Shown piece after piece: positions 1-12,960 of a stretch of DNA of 64,000 nucleotides. This stretch comes from Octopus bimaculoides. Taxonomy: Eukaryota. Numbering within the stretch: position 1 is the stretch's first letter; the number at the start of each line of letters is the position of its first letter. Where the stretch lies: positions 63,719,558 through 63,783,557 of the forward strand of contig NC_068983.1 in NCBI RefSeq assembly GCF_001194135.2, in the 5' to 3' direction. The notes beneath the pieces were generated by a model. That model did no database searches. It had not been told where the DNA came from and worked only from the letters and a program-made list of their open reading frames with translations. The translations under genes were made by a program, and so were the position numbers.

Positions 1-1923
1 GGAATTAATATGCCCCTGCCAGATGTTTTACACTAATCTTGCCTTCTTTTCTACCTATACTTCGCTATTAACAAAGAATAGATATGTTAATCGACTTTCC
101 AACAAATAGTTCTATTCTATAACTTTCCTTTATAGTCCATCAACATCCTCTTGAGAAACTCGATGATCAATAATCTTAGTGGCTATATTCTTTGAATAAT
201 TTCCAAAGGTTCCTGAATGAATCTGCATATAAAAGGGTAAAACCTAACTGTAACCGCAAGCCAAAGTGAAGTAGCACGCACGGGAGCCTATATGTGGTCG
301 CTAAATTTGCTGGAAATAGCAGTGAAGTCTCAATGGATAACATAATGCTTTGTATCACGGCTGACACTACCTTGGTACTTGACGAAAAATAAAACGGGGC
401 TATAGGGCAACAACGCGCGGCAATAATTCAAAATGGTCTATTACTGTTCACTTAGTATCCCGACCCTGCTATTATATTCTTTTATTTCTATATATAAATC
501 TAGTAGCTTTTATACACACCGTATAGTTATGATGCACAATAGAGCCATTACAAGCAATTTCGAACGTAAATTGAATCATTATTTAGGAATATTAAGACTA
601 TAGTTAAAACAAATGAATTTATAAGCTCAGATATTTATATTTAATTGTAGCTGTGACTTTATTAAATATTTCTCCAAGATATAATAAATAAAATTAGATC
701 ATATGTAATTGTGAATATTTGAATAAATATACATAAACAAATTCAGATAATTGTTTTTATAGTATGAAATTCATAAAGAAATGTTAGTCGACATATCCAG
801 CCATCAGGGGACTACATAGCCATAAAAACAACAGACACTAAGGCGACCAGATGAACATAATTCCACAAAACAGTTAGAATAAGAAATGCCAGGAACAAAA
901 TAACGAAAAACAACAAAAAATGATAATTTAATAAAACAGTGGAGTGTGGTCAGAGATTCTACTGCTTTATCACCCCAACACGATGTTAAATAAGTTTATA
1001 AACCAAGATAGCAAAATAGGCGACGTTGGAAGAGTGGGGTATGAAATTATGAACTGCCTCCTGAAAGAGAGAGAGGAAGAGGGAGAGAGAGAGAGGAAGA
1101 GGGAGAGAGAGAAATTATATGTACAGATCTATCCATCAATCTATCTATCTATCTACCGAGATACATATGTGCGCATGCATGTGTGTATGTATGTATGTAT
1201 GTATGAATGTATATATGGGCATATATACATACATACATACATACACACATATATANNNNNNNNNNNNNNNNNNNNNNNNNNNNNNNNNNNNNNNNNNNNN
1301 NNNNNNNNNNNNNNNNNNNNNNNNNNNNNNNNNNNNNNNNNNNNNNNNNNNNNNNNNNNNNNNNNNNNNNNNNNNNNNNNNNNNNNNNNNNNNNNNNNNN
1401 NNNNNNNNNNNNNNNNNNNNNNNNNNNNNNNNNNNNNNNNNNNNNNNNNNNNNNNNNNNNNNNNNNNNNNNNNNNNNNNNNNNNNNNNNNNNNNNNNNNN
1501 NNNNNNNNNNNNNNNNNNNNNNNNNNNNNNNNNNNNNNNNNNNNNNNNNNNNNNNNNNNNNNNNNNNNNNNNNNNNNNNNNNNNNNNNNNNNNNNNNNNN
1601 NNNNNNNNNNNNNNNNNNNNNNNNNNNNNNNNNNNNNNNNNNNNNNNNNNNNNNNNNNNNNNNNNNNNNNNNNNNNNNNNNNNNNNNNNNNNNNNNNNNN
1701 NNNNNNNNNNNNNNNNNNNNNNNNNNNNNNNNNNNNNNNNNNNNNNNNNNNNNNNNNNNNNNNNNNNNNNNNNNNNNNNNNNNNNNNNNNNNNNNNNNNN
1801 NNNNNNNNNNNNNNNNNNNNNNNNNNNNNNNNNNNNNNNNNNNNNNNNNNNNNNNNNNNNNNNNNNNNNNNNNNNNNNNNNNNNNNNNNNNNNNNNNNNN
1901 NNNNNNNNNNNNNNNNNNNNNNN

Positions 1924-1962
<39 letters not shown>

Positions 1963-3248
1963 ATGTATATATACATGCGAGTGTCTACATGAACAGGAAA
2001 CATTGAATATTCTATTCTCAAAAAATATTATTAACGATAGGAAACATGGTTTTATAAGGAACTGAGAAAACCAGTTTTACAGATTGAATGGAATTGCAGG
2101 CTGAATGTTTTATCGTGTTTTGTTTCAATGGTTTACACCAAGTGAAAATGCTAGCGAGGTGGATATCGCCTTTTATCCCTTTCAGCCAGATCAACAAAAT
2201 CACAAGGAACTGGCACCGAGTCAATCGAGTATATCCACCTTCTATAAGTTCATGGCTTTCTGCCAATACAATTATATAACAAATTATTAAATCTATATTC
2301 ATGACGTAATATTTATGTTTTAGATGTTCTGATACAAAATAATAACCAAAGTAAATATTTCGACTTTATTTAAAATATTGTTACAACGATTTCATTTCAC
2401 ACGTAACAAATAGCTATCTCATTCTCCCCTCGCCGATGTTTTTCCACGTCTTTTATTACTCTTATTATTTATGATCCCTCTCCGTAGAATTAATTACCAT
2501 GGTAACCATTTCGTAACTATTATACAGCGTGTATATGGGGTGGGGGGGCATACAATCTGCATATCATTTCGTATATTGCTTATGTATTAGTTGTAGTTGA
2601 ACACACTCTTAGTCAGAAGCATTTTCAATCTGTGGTTATTCCATCATAATTGCGATTAGAGTCTGCCCGAAAGCGTTATCTTCATTCACCTTATTTAAGA
2701 TGATTTGGGGGATTTCAGATGCTATTGCTGGCAGTTCAGCCTACTACGTACATACTCCTTTGTCGTACTATTTATAAATGCAGTTTGTGTAGAAAGCAAA
2801 TGGTCAATTATATGAAGTACCAGAAACTAAGTTTAAATTTTATGAGATCATATCTATTGTGTTTCGTCATGTATGAAAGCATTTAATCGGACACGGTGTG
2901 TCTATATACTAAATTTCCTGGAATATGCTTACTATATAACTCTCAACAGTAGAACATGCAACTCAGAACAGCTTAACAGAGGATAGTATCTACGTGTCAG
3001 TTTACTAAATCCTGGGGCTCTTATAGGACAAAAGATGAGTTAGATGTTAATATCGTCATTTATAAAATTAGTATGTAGCTTTTAATGGGAAGTTCTAAAA
3101 GCAGATTTCTGACGTGTTTTGGAAAATTTGTAACAATTGCTTTCTCCGGAGTCACATCCCTATGATGATCATATTCGTCACAAAATCGCCGACAATAATC
3201 ACTGGATTGCGCAATTCATTTCAATTATTCCCCAAATTTATTTCTAAG

Positions 3249-3577
3249 TTATAAAAATTGTTATCGTACAAAAAATTTGTCGCAAAAGTAACGTAAAAAA
3301 ATCGCCGAAAACAATCACAGTAATGAAAACTTGCGAATTTAAAATTTCAGGATTGCGAGTCCGGATTCGGCCCGAAATGTTTTTAATTTACTCACGGAGT
3401 CGGCCTTTAGATTATAAAAATTGTTATCGTACAAAAAATTCGTCGCAGATAGTCACATAAAGAAAAAAAAAAAAATCCTAAAATAATGGCAGTAATGAAA
3501 ACTTGGGAATCCAAAATTTCAGGATTGTGGATCCGGATTCGGTGCGAAATGCTTTAATTTACTCACAGAGTCGGCCT
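3249..3577. repeat. Two diverged tandem copies of a ~160-bp unit
   Basis: TTATAAAAATTGTTATCGTACAAAAAAT...CCGGATTCGG...TTTACTCAC(G/A)GAGTCGGCCT occurs at 3249-3406 and 3412-3577. Confidence 0.85.
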
Positions 3578-4067
3578 AATTCCACAATGGTATGATATTT
3601 TAGGCTACGGCGTCTAGAAGTATAGTTGAAAACGTGTGACACACTGACACACTGACATTCGCATTTATTATATTAAATTAGTAACTACAAACACCCGAAT
3701 GCAGACAGGCACTCATATACACACATGCAAACGCATACTCCCAACGCACACTCATTCCAATGCACGTGTTCACTTATGCCCATATAAATTTGGCTATCCT
3801 CTGTTTGTAACTTTCATAGAATTACAAATATTTATTATTGCGTCTCTTCTTCGTAAATATGGACTTCCTACGAACGGAAACATCCGATACTTGAAAGCTT
3901 TCATGCAAAATCCTGGTGTCAATGTCTCCAATTTATGACTATAACTTTGTATCATTACTGCTAAAATGTGGTTTTATTGAAGAAGTGCTGTCATCAATAA
4001 CTTCGCGCCAGGAATTTGCGAACAATGTTACATAAAGCTTATAGTGTGAAGCAGCAACAATATCTTT

Positions 4068-4250
4068 TATCTATTACTTGTTTCAACCCCCAGCTGCAAC
4101 CATACTGCGGCACCACCTTCCAGGGTTTTAGTCGAACGAATCAATCCAAGTGCTTATATTTTAAAAATCTGGTACCTATTGTATTTGTCTCTTCTGCTGA
4201 ACTGATGAGTGACAGAGACGTAGTAAGCTTACTAACACCGGCTGAAAAGC
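4068..4250 (-). mobile_element. Old, diverged 3' portion of SINE family A
   Basis: TTACTTGTTTCA...GGCACCACCTT...GGGTTTTAGTCGAACGAATC resembles the SINE A 3' region at 4795-4900. Confidence 0.55.
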
Positions 4251-4499
4251 GGTGGTAGGAGAGAAAGACATAACGAATTGTTAGTGAAGAAAAAAGAAGG
4301 TGTGGGTAAGTGAAAGGAGTGCTTCGCTCACGTGACGCTTTTAAGCGGGTGACACATTTGGGTCTGCTGTGTAAGTCTGTATAAGATATGATAAATGGCA
4401 GGTAGCAGGTGATAAAGTCAAAGGCTTCCTCGACCGGTGCACACTCTAGTTCCGCCCGCTGGAATGAAAGACATTACCAAGATGGTGTTTGTTTACACT

Positions 4500-4777
4500 T
4501 TCCCCCTCCGCAAAAAATTCCAAATTGAATGAATTTGCTTTGCGGGAAGGACTGTTCCAAAGAAGTCGCGTATTGTCCTTGCCTTCGAAACGCAGAGTAG
4601 CTGGAACAGGGACAACTGAAAGAACGGAAATATTTTTTATGTTGCATGTCTCGTTTCTCTGTTTGTTTTTTTCGTTGTTCGAAAAAAAGTTCGTTTTTTG
4701 TCTTCGTCTTTATGTTTCCGTTTCTCATTGTGTTTAACGTTTTTTTTGTGATGTCCTGTACCCATATATGCATGTAT
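4500..4777 (+). mobile_element. Putative Penelope-like pLTR-type repeat; related copy at 16740-16985
   Basis: Shares TGAATTTGCTTT, CGAAA..GAGTAG..AACAG, TTTCGTTGTTCGAAAA and GTCCTGT.CCCA.ATATGCAT, in the same order, with 16740-16985. Confidence 0.5.
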
Positions 4778-5181
4778 CTCTTTTTTTTCTCTTTTTACTT
4801 GTTTTAGTCATTTGACTTCGGCCATGCTGGAGGACCGCCTTTAGTCGAGCAAATCGACCCCAGGACTTATTCTTTGTAAGCCTAGTACTTATTCTGTCGG
4901 TCTCTTTTTGCCGAACCGCTAAGTTACGGGGACGTAAACACACCAGCATCGGTTGTCAAGCGATGGTGGGGGAACAAACACAGACACACAAACACACATA
5001 CATATGTATATATATACATACATACGACGGGCTTCTTTTCAGTTTCCGTCTACCAAATCCACTCACAAGGCTTTGGTGGGCCCGAGGCTATAGTAGAAGA
5101 CACTTGCCCAAGGTGCCACGCAGTGGGACTAAACCCGGAACAATGTGGTTGGTAAGCAAGCTACTTACCACATAGCCACTC
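4778..5181 (-). mobile_element. tRNA-headed SINE family A (Octopus OK/OR-type), near full length
   Basis: Minus strand has A-box-like TGGCTATGTGG, B-box-like GGGTTTAGTCCC, body GCACCTTGGGCAAGTGTCTTCTACTATAGCCTCGGGCC, an internal (TG)n/(TA)n tract and a 3' end AATGACTAAAACAAGTAAAAAG; multiple copies in the window. Confidence 0.9.
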
Positions 5182-6164
5182 GTATATATATAGATTTAAG
5201 TACATCATATATGTATGGATATATGCGTATATATATATATATATATATATATATACTCATCAAAGATGAAAATTCGACGACACATTAAATCCTGTTAAAG
5301 GTGCAACAGCATGAATCAGCTTACAAACTGTATGTCACTCAGCATGGTGTAACGTTCATGTCGTTCAACAGAAAGGAATTGAAATCTCATCGATGGTAAA
5401 TTAGAAAAAACAGTTTGGGGAAACTAAATGTTTACAGTACGAAACATTCATACACACACAGACACACTCACACATGTGTGTGTGGGTGTATACATAAGTA
5501 GACACATATATATATATATTTATATATATATATATATATATATNNNNNNNNNNNNNNNNNNNNNNNNNNNNNNNNNNNNNNNNNNNNNNNNNNNNNNNNN
5601 NNNNNNNNNNNNNNNNNNNNNNNNNNNNNNNNNNNNNNNNNNNNNNNNNNNNNNNNNNNNNNNNNNNNNNNNNNNNNNNNNNNNNNNNNNNNNNNNNNNN
5701 NNNNNNNNNNNNNNNNNNNNNNNNNNNNNNNNNNNNNNNNNNNNNNNNNNNNNNNNNNNNNNNNNNNNNNNNNNNNNNNNNNNNNNNNNNNNNNNNNNNN
5801 NNNNNNNNNNNNNNNNNNNNNNNNNNNNNNNNNNNNNNNNNNNNNNNNNNNNNNNNNNNNNNNNNNNNNNNNNNNNNNNNNNNNNNNNNNNNNNNNNNNN
5901 NNNNNNNNNNNNNNNNNNNNNNNNNNNNNNNNNNNNNNNNNNNNNNNNNNNNNNNNNNNNNNNNNNNNNNNNNNNNNNNNNNNNNNNNNNNNNNNNNNNN
6001 NNNNNNNNNNNNNNNNNNNNNNNNNNNNNNNNNNNNNNNNNNNNNNNNNNNNNNNNNNNNNNNNNNNNNNNNNNNNNNNNNNNNNNNNNNNNNNNNNNNN
6101 NNNNNNNNNNNNNNNNNNNNNNNNNNNNNNNNNNNNNNNNNNNNNNNNNNNNNNNNNNNNNNNA

Positions 6165-6199
<35 letters not shown>

Positions 6200-6277
6200 G
6201 TATGTATATATGTATATATATATATATGTATATATGTATATATAGACATATATTTATATAGGTATATATATACATTC

Positions 6278-6311
<34 letters not shown>

Positions 6312-7009
6312 ATATATGTATATATATATAAAACAAGGCAAACTTGAACTGTCTATCATGTCATGTCTGATTGAGAATGGATGAACAATAGTAATCACTA
6401 GGGTCAATAATTAGAACTAATGATTGTAGGAGAAGTAGGAGTAAGATGAAAATCACCTCATCATACCAGATTTTCTCTCTGAAAGTTAATGTACAATCGT
6501 TAAGATTAAAAGCGAGGCAATCTCAATGGTTAAATGTCTTGTATGTTAGTTTCGTGCAGGAGGCTTCACCGGTTATAGAATACTATCAACTCTTTCGCCT
6601 GCTTTTCCTGTATCCCATCGCATTAGCCGTAGCTGTTGTTGTTGTGCCCTAGAAAATATAAAGAGGAGAGGTTGCAGCTTTGCAATTAGTGCCATTTTCT
6701 ATATGACTCTGAATTTCAAAAATTAAGCTTATCTTTCATAAGCTAAATTATTTCCATTAATTTACGAGTTACGAAATTTATTCCATTAATTTCGCAAATC
6801 GGTATTGTTTCCAAATCATTGTGAAAAGATAGATTAATTTTAAGGAAGACGTTTCTATAATAACTTGTATTGTAATCGAAATTTCTAGAAGTTCTGGTAT
6901 TTTTTATATAATATGTAGATATTCTTAACAGAATATAAGTAAAACTTCGTTCTTAATTTGAAAATTATCATCAGTCAGCAACGATATGGAGTAAATGAAG
7001 CTGGTAGAA

Positions 7010-7330
7010 ATAAAAGGTGTCTTACTGATATACGCAAATGGTATATATCTCATTGATGAATAAGAGAAGGGGTGAAGGTTTGAAAAATAAATAAGCTTGG
7101 TCAAAATACAATTAGTTTAAAACTGAATCGTCCTTTACGTAGCGACCATTCCGTTTGAATAAATTTCTTCAGAATGTCAAGTTAGAATAAAGGAAAGATA
7201 AAATATGACAGAAGTCTGTTTAAATGGTATCCAAACCGAAGTCGTAACAAATTTAATATTACTAACAATTATAAAATTAGATGGGAGTGAGCGTTGATAA
7301 ATTTGCAACGGTTAACACCGATGAAAGTGA
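7010..7330 (+). pseudogene. Highly decayed LINE reverse-transcriptase remnant
   Basis: Manual translation KGVLLIYANGIYLIDE resembles the LLYADDxxL motif; VCLNGIQTEVV follows; many stops. Confidence 0.3.
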
Positions 7331-7439
7331 GAAATTATTGAGTGTTAAATTAAGAAAATGAAGAACATGAAATATTTTATGAATACGATAACGGAAAAAA
7401 AATGATATATAAAAGTAGGAGCTTAGATTTCTCATCTTT

Positions 7440-7592
7440 AAGGCGGTGAGTTGACAGAATCGTTAGCACACCGGGTAAAATACTTAGCAAGTATTTGTCG
7501 GTCTTTACGTTCTGAGTTCAATTTCCGCCGAGGTTGACTTTGCCTTTCATCCTTTCCCGGTCGATAAAATAAGTACCACTTGAACACTTGTG
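7440..7592 (+). mobile_element. tRNA-headed SINE family B
   Basis: GGCGGTGAGTTGACAGAATCGTTAGCACACCGGG...GAGTTCAATTTCCGCCGAGGTTGACTTTGCCTTTCATCC...GTCGATAAAATAAGTACC; related copies elsewhere in the window. Confidence 0.85.
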
Positions 7593-9095
7593 AACTTTAA
7601 ACGATTTAAGTTTCTCTGTACGTGGGATGAAATATTCTCTAAGGACATTATATATCTCCATAGTATAAAGATTATAAGTGTTATTATTCTCGAACATTCA
7701 CTTCCTTTAACAGATATGGTATTCAATCATCCGTTAGTAAGCAAATATTGATTCCAAAAATTGTCAATGTTGTAGTGTTTTTTAAAAGCTGTTTTTGTGC
7801 GAGAAAATCCTTAATTTAAATAGACAGGAGATCATACTGAGGTAAACTCGGTTGTCGTTGGTACTTCTAAACATTCGTTAGATTCGAGAGAGCAATTGTT
7901 AGGACCAGCGCATTTACGCAAGTCTGTTTCTATTAGTCAATGGCTTCTTTATATTGACAAACTTTAGATGTGCTTTGACGAGCTTCATTATCGTCAGATT
8001 TTGGGGTCGCTGATTACAAATGTTTCATAGTGATCTCATAAAATATTTTGGTGGAATTTACTGTGTTTACCTGGAAATGTTTCTTAGGGAAATTAAAGCA
8101 GATTAAATACAATGCAATACTGAACGGGAATGAGTGTTAGGTTACGTTTCTTTTTCTGCTTTTGATTTTAGTTGGTGGGAGGCAGACGTCAGCTGATTAT
8201 ACTCCAAAATACGTAATTAAATTTCAAGCAAAACTGAATATAAAACACCTCTAAAAATATCAGCAGAAGAGGCCGTTACTGATAATTTGGTGTCTCCCTA
8301 ATAATAAAGGAGGTAACTATGAATCTAATAATTTTGAAAGAATGTTTTACATGCTTAATTCTTTAATTATTTCGAAAAGAGCTTTTACTGTTTTATGAAG
8401 TAATATCTTTTTTGCCACTTCATATCTTCAGACTGTAATGTCTTTTTCGTGTTCTTCAGTTAATTATATATAAATTCTTTCAGCTCAAAGCAAAAAGATG
8501 TAGAAATAAAGAATATAAAGAAAATACAAGTAGAGACTGGAAAAGGTTGAATTACAAAATAGCTGCTAATCATTTCGAAATCTAGGTAAAGTATGGTTTC
8601 AATTCAATCTCTTCTGTACTTCACTTTACATTTTACATTTTATAGGTTTCCGAGTCTGTGTCAGGTGATAGTGTTGAAATATAAAGATACTGATGTATAC
8701 CTATTTAATTGACCTGGTATTGAAATACATAATTCTGAGGATCATGATAAAAAGTGTAGATGTCTTAATTTCAAGTTAGTTATTTTAGTTTTTGTTAACT
8801 GTTCTTATGGCATCATGATTTATATGGTTCTACATTAACGTCGCTATTCCTTCTCTTATCGAACCGATAAGTTATTCACACTTTATTACATATACGAAAG
8901 AAAAGCGAAAATAAAAATATAGGTAATATATAAAAATTACGTCAGCTTGAAGTGATATGAAGAATATGAACAAAAATGGTGGCAATAAATCATATGGAGT
9001 GAACATAAAAACACACATACTGACACACGCATACACATATATACATCCATACATATGCATATAAACATACACTTATGCATACATCTCTCTCTCTC

Positions 9096-9183
<88 letters not shown>

Positions 9184-10321
9184 TATACATATAAATATGC
9201 ATATTTACATGCTCATTTACACTTATACTATAAAATAAATTACATATCTCGGATATAAGAAACGCAACAGAGGAATGCAATGCGTGACACCTTTCCTGTA
9301 ATCGTGAGGAAATTAAAGTGATTCCGTATGATTTACACACCGTTTCAGTTACAACATCCTATTCACATGGAATAGAATAACTTCAGTTGATGATTGTCAT
9401 TAAAAATATTCGGAAATTCTAATGAACGTGCTAAAAACATCCAAAGAGCTAATGGGTTAATAACGTCAACACACTGGAAAGTTTTCATGGTGCAGACAAA
9501 TTAAGAGATTTCAAATACATTAATCGCTGAAATGATACAGTGAAAAACTTTCTTGTTTAAAGAATTAAAATTGAACTCTTGTTTTACACTTTCAGTGAGG
9601 TTTATAACACATTTCTATTTTTTATTTTTTATCTCTAATTGCTTTACGAGGTGATTTAAGACGGGTAGCAGCGACTCTATAATTAATTGATCGAAGTAGA
9701 TCTGGAATATCTACTAAAGACAAACAAGCAACATTTCAAATACCATAATTTGCTTTGTATAATTTGTAGCATTATTTCAGTTGCTACCGTTACTCTTAAT
9801 ACGACACTATTGCATTTATTCGAAAATGTGTAACAATTTTTATTCACTCAAGTTTGTATGAGTCAAGTGGTTGAGACAGAAATTATGGTAATCTTGTTTC
9901 TGTTCTAGTGACTGTATTTGCTTATACACATCTGTATAAGGGGCATTAGTTCGGGATAGTATCGGAAAGTCACGTATATATATATAATATATATCAGTGA
10001 TCTTCATTAAGATCGTGCATATGATGTGCAATCAGTGAGACCGTTTTTACTCCTCTAATAGATTTACATTTTGTTGAGAACTTTGCTGTGGCGATGATAA
10101 TCTGTTTATAACTTTATGTACGATCGCAATCAGCTAGATCATATAGCAGACCCTTGTNNNNNNNNNNNNNNNNNNNNNNNNNNNNNNNNNNNNNNNNNNN
10201 NNNNNNNNNNNNNNNNNNNNNNNNNNNNNNNNNNNNNNNNNNNNNNNNNNNNNNNNNNNNNNNNNNNNNNNNNNNNNNNNNNNNNNNNNNNNNNNNNNNN
10301 NNNNNNNNNNNNNNNNNNNNN

Positions 10322-10377
<56 letters not shown>

Positions 10378-11585
10378 TATGTATATATATATAATATATA
10401 TCAGTGATCTTCATTAAGATCGTGCATATGATGTGCAATCAGTGAGACCGTTTTTACTCCTCTAATAGATTTACATTTTGTTGAGAACTTTGCTGTGGCG
10501 ATGATAATCTGTTTATAACTTTATGTACGATCGCAATCAGCTAGATCATATAGCAGACCCTTGTGTTTGTTAGGTATTTTTCGGTAAAAAGAATTGAGCT
10601 ACGTTAATAACTGCATTCTTAAACTGCTCCTTGACACTCAATACTCAACTTCGATTTTACATTCTGGGAGGTATAGTCATTAGATGTCAAGTTAATTTGA
10701 GCTGATATTTTTTATAAGATTATTTATGTTGTATCCTTCTGATTCTGTAAACGCAGAATAGCCGAATGATTAAGAAAATCGTATCGCTAAGCCTAGTTCA
10801 ATAAATACTTAGTTTAACAAGTGCTATTTCCATCTATACACCATTTCCCGACAACTCTTCGGTACTTATGACAACAGATTCTTATCGTCAGGTTGAGAGA
10901 CCAACTTATATTATACTAGCAGTATAACCCGACGTTGTCCGGGTGTGACTTATTACGCCATCTACGATAAGTCTTGCTAGGTGAAAATCAACTAAAAAAG
11001 AAAGCCTTACAATGAAAAAACCCTTATGATGTAAATATGTTCATAATTCAAATGACGAAATTAATAGGGAACGTCTGAAGGCTGTTTTGTGTAACATTAT
11101 TAAGTGTACGTAAATTTCATCCGTCTAATTGGCTATACAAATGCTTGTGCAAAACAACTTCTTGCGCTGCCTTGATTATACAAAGCCGGGTAATTCCTTT
11201 TCGCAGGAGCTAGGACGGCAATTTGTGATGAAGCAATTGCTAGCGATCTGTTGCTACACAGTTCTGCCAGAATTCTATCAGATNNNNNNNNNNGAATAAT
11301 AATAATAATGACCTCTCCAGATCAAACTCCCAACTCACAACTAAGGGTTTTTATATAGAATAGATCCGCACCCGGTGGAAAAATTGAAAGAAAAATAGTG
11401 TTGTAGTTGAAGTGCACCGTATATTGAACAAATATGAAGGAACAAATGCGCGCTGCGAAAGGGGTGGGTGGGGAGAGTGCTCGGAAAATTCACACAACCC
11501 GAGCACTAAATCTCAACGTCCGGTTACAGGAGTGAAACAAAAATCATGTAATACTTCTAATGCAATGTATATTGAACAAATATGA

Positions 11586-11959
11586 AGAGTTTTCTTTTAT
11601 TCTTTTACTTGTTTTAGTCATTTGACTGCGACCATGCTGGAGCACCGCCTTCAGTCGATAAAATCGACCGCAGGACTTATTAAGCCTAGTACTTATTCTA
11701 TCTGTTTCTTTTTGCCGAATCGCTAAGTTACGGGGGCGTAAACACACCAGCATCGGTTGTCAAGCGATGGTGGGGGAACAAACACACACACACATATATA
11801 CGACGGATTTCTTTCAGTTTCCGTCTACCAAATCCACTCACAAGGCTTTGGTCGGCCCGAGGCTATAGTAGAAGACACTTGCCCAAGGTGCCTCGCAGTG
11901 GGACTGAACCCGGAACTATGTGGTTGGTAAGCTACTTACAACGCAGCCACTCCTGCGCC
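11586..11959 (-). mobile_element. SINE family A copy nested inside the Merlin element
   Basis: High similarity to 4778-5181; head GGCGCAGGAGTGGCTG on the minus strand at 11959. Confidence 0.9.
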
Positions 11960-12167
11960 ATTACAGAAATGTTTTTCATACAATTCTCTTTTAGGATTAG
12001 GCACACGTGCGCAAAAGGGAACAGTTTGACCGTTGGAATCATGGTCAAATGAATGTTTTCGACACAAAATTCCTTTTGTTTTGCGAACAAAAGGAATTTT
12101 TGCGACGAAGGCATTCATTTGACCATGATTCCAACGGTGTGCCCAACCCTAAAAGAGAATGATTTGA

Positions 12168-12345
12168 ACAGCGACAACCAGTAAAACGTGTGATTCCACA
12201 CACGATATGACATTGAAGAAGGCCAGATCGTTGGATCGATTTGTGTGGAGGTGCAGAAATTGTAGGGAAAGCATTTCTATAAGGACGAAGACTTTTATGG
12301 AAAAGTCAAAGTTGTCATTGCAGAAAATTTTTCTCATCGTCTTTC
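12168..12345 (+). pseudogene. N-terminal fragment of a Merlin/ISXO2-like transposase
   Basis: Frame of ORF 12207: KTCDSTHDMTLKKARSLDRFVWRCRNCRESISIRTKTFMEKSKLSLQKIFLIVF matches the D-x-x-x-W-R-C-x-x-C...S-I-R...F...S-x-L-S-L zinc-ribbon pattern; no DDE core. Confidence 0.7.
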
Positions 12346-12779
12346 TCGAACATATTCCCCCTTCCCTTTCGCAGCGCGCATTTTTTCCTTCATATTTGTT
12401 CAATATACGGTGTACTTCAACTAATACACTATTTTTTTTTCAATTTTTTCACCGGGTGCGGATCTATATAAAAACCCAACTAAGTTTCAAGTGTATATAT
12501 ATATGGGCAGCACACACACACATACACACCAAATAAAAAAAATGTTAGTAAGTACAGAATTTCAGCATTATATATTAAGATGGGCAACATACACACACAC
12601 TAAATAAAAAAAATGACAGGTATTTGTATGTATGTGTGTATTAATGTGTATTCTGTGTCTATATATGGTAGTAATTAAATGCGTTTTGAGAAAGATATTT
12701 AAACAATTCAGTTTGTAAGGAATAGATGTTTGACTGTCGATCGTATTTGGAAGAGAATGACAGATATTTGTATGTATGA

Positions 12780-12960
12780 GTGTGTGAGTTCAAATTCCGC
12801 CGAAGTTGACTTTGCCTTTCATCCTTTCGGGGTGTAAAGAATAAGTACCAGTTGAACACAGGGATCAATATAATCGACTATTCTCCACCTGCCAGAAGCC
12901 GCCGTTGTGGGAAAAATTCAAAATAATAATAATAATGATAAATAAATAATAATAATAATG
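12780..12960 (+). mobile_element. 5'-truncated SINE family B with (AAT)n tail
   Basis: GAGTTCAAATTCCGCCGAAGTTGACTTTGCCTTTCATCCTTTCGGGG...AATAAGTACCAGTTG then (AAT)n. Confidence 0.75.

Larger units (their letters stand above)
11346..12476 (+). mobile_element. Non-autonomous Merlin (IS1595/ISXO2-like) DNA transposon with ~120-bp TIRs and 8-bp TSD
   Basis: Ends GGTTTTTATATAG (11346) and CTATATAAAAACC (12476); imperfect TIRs ~11346-11465 and ~12360-12476; TSD CAACTAAG at 11338-11345 and 12477-12484; internal zinc-ribbon-like transposase fragment. Confidence 0.85.

Noticed and set aside
944-2065. Long ORFs spanning N-runs (also at 5.4-6.3, 17.0-17.8, 19.0-19.7, 39.5-39.9, 46.1-46.7, 47.2-47.6, 51.7-52.0 and 60.5-61.1 kb)
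   Set aside because: Artefacts: N codons cannot be stops, and the flanks are (TA)n/(CA)n repeats giving YI/HT/CV runs
2018-2302. Overlapping short ORFs on both strands; faint piggyBac-like W...HLAS motif
   Set aside because: No convincing motif or splice context; compatible with chance
9980-10567. Near-identical ~175-bp direct repeat either side of an N-gap
   Set aside because: Near identity across a scaffold gap is typical of unmerged contig overlap
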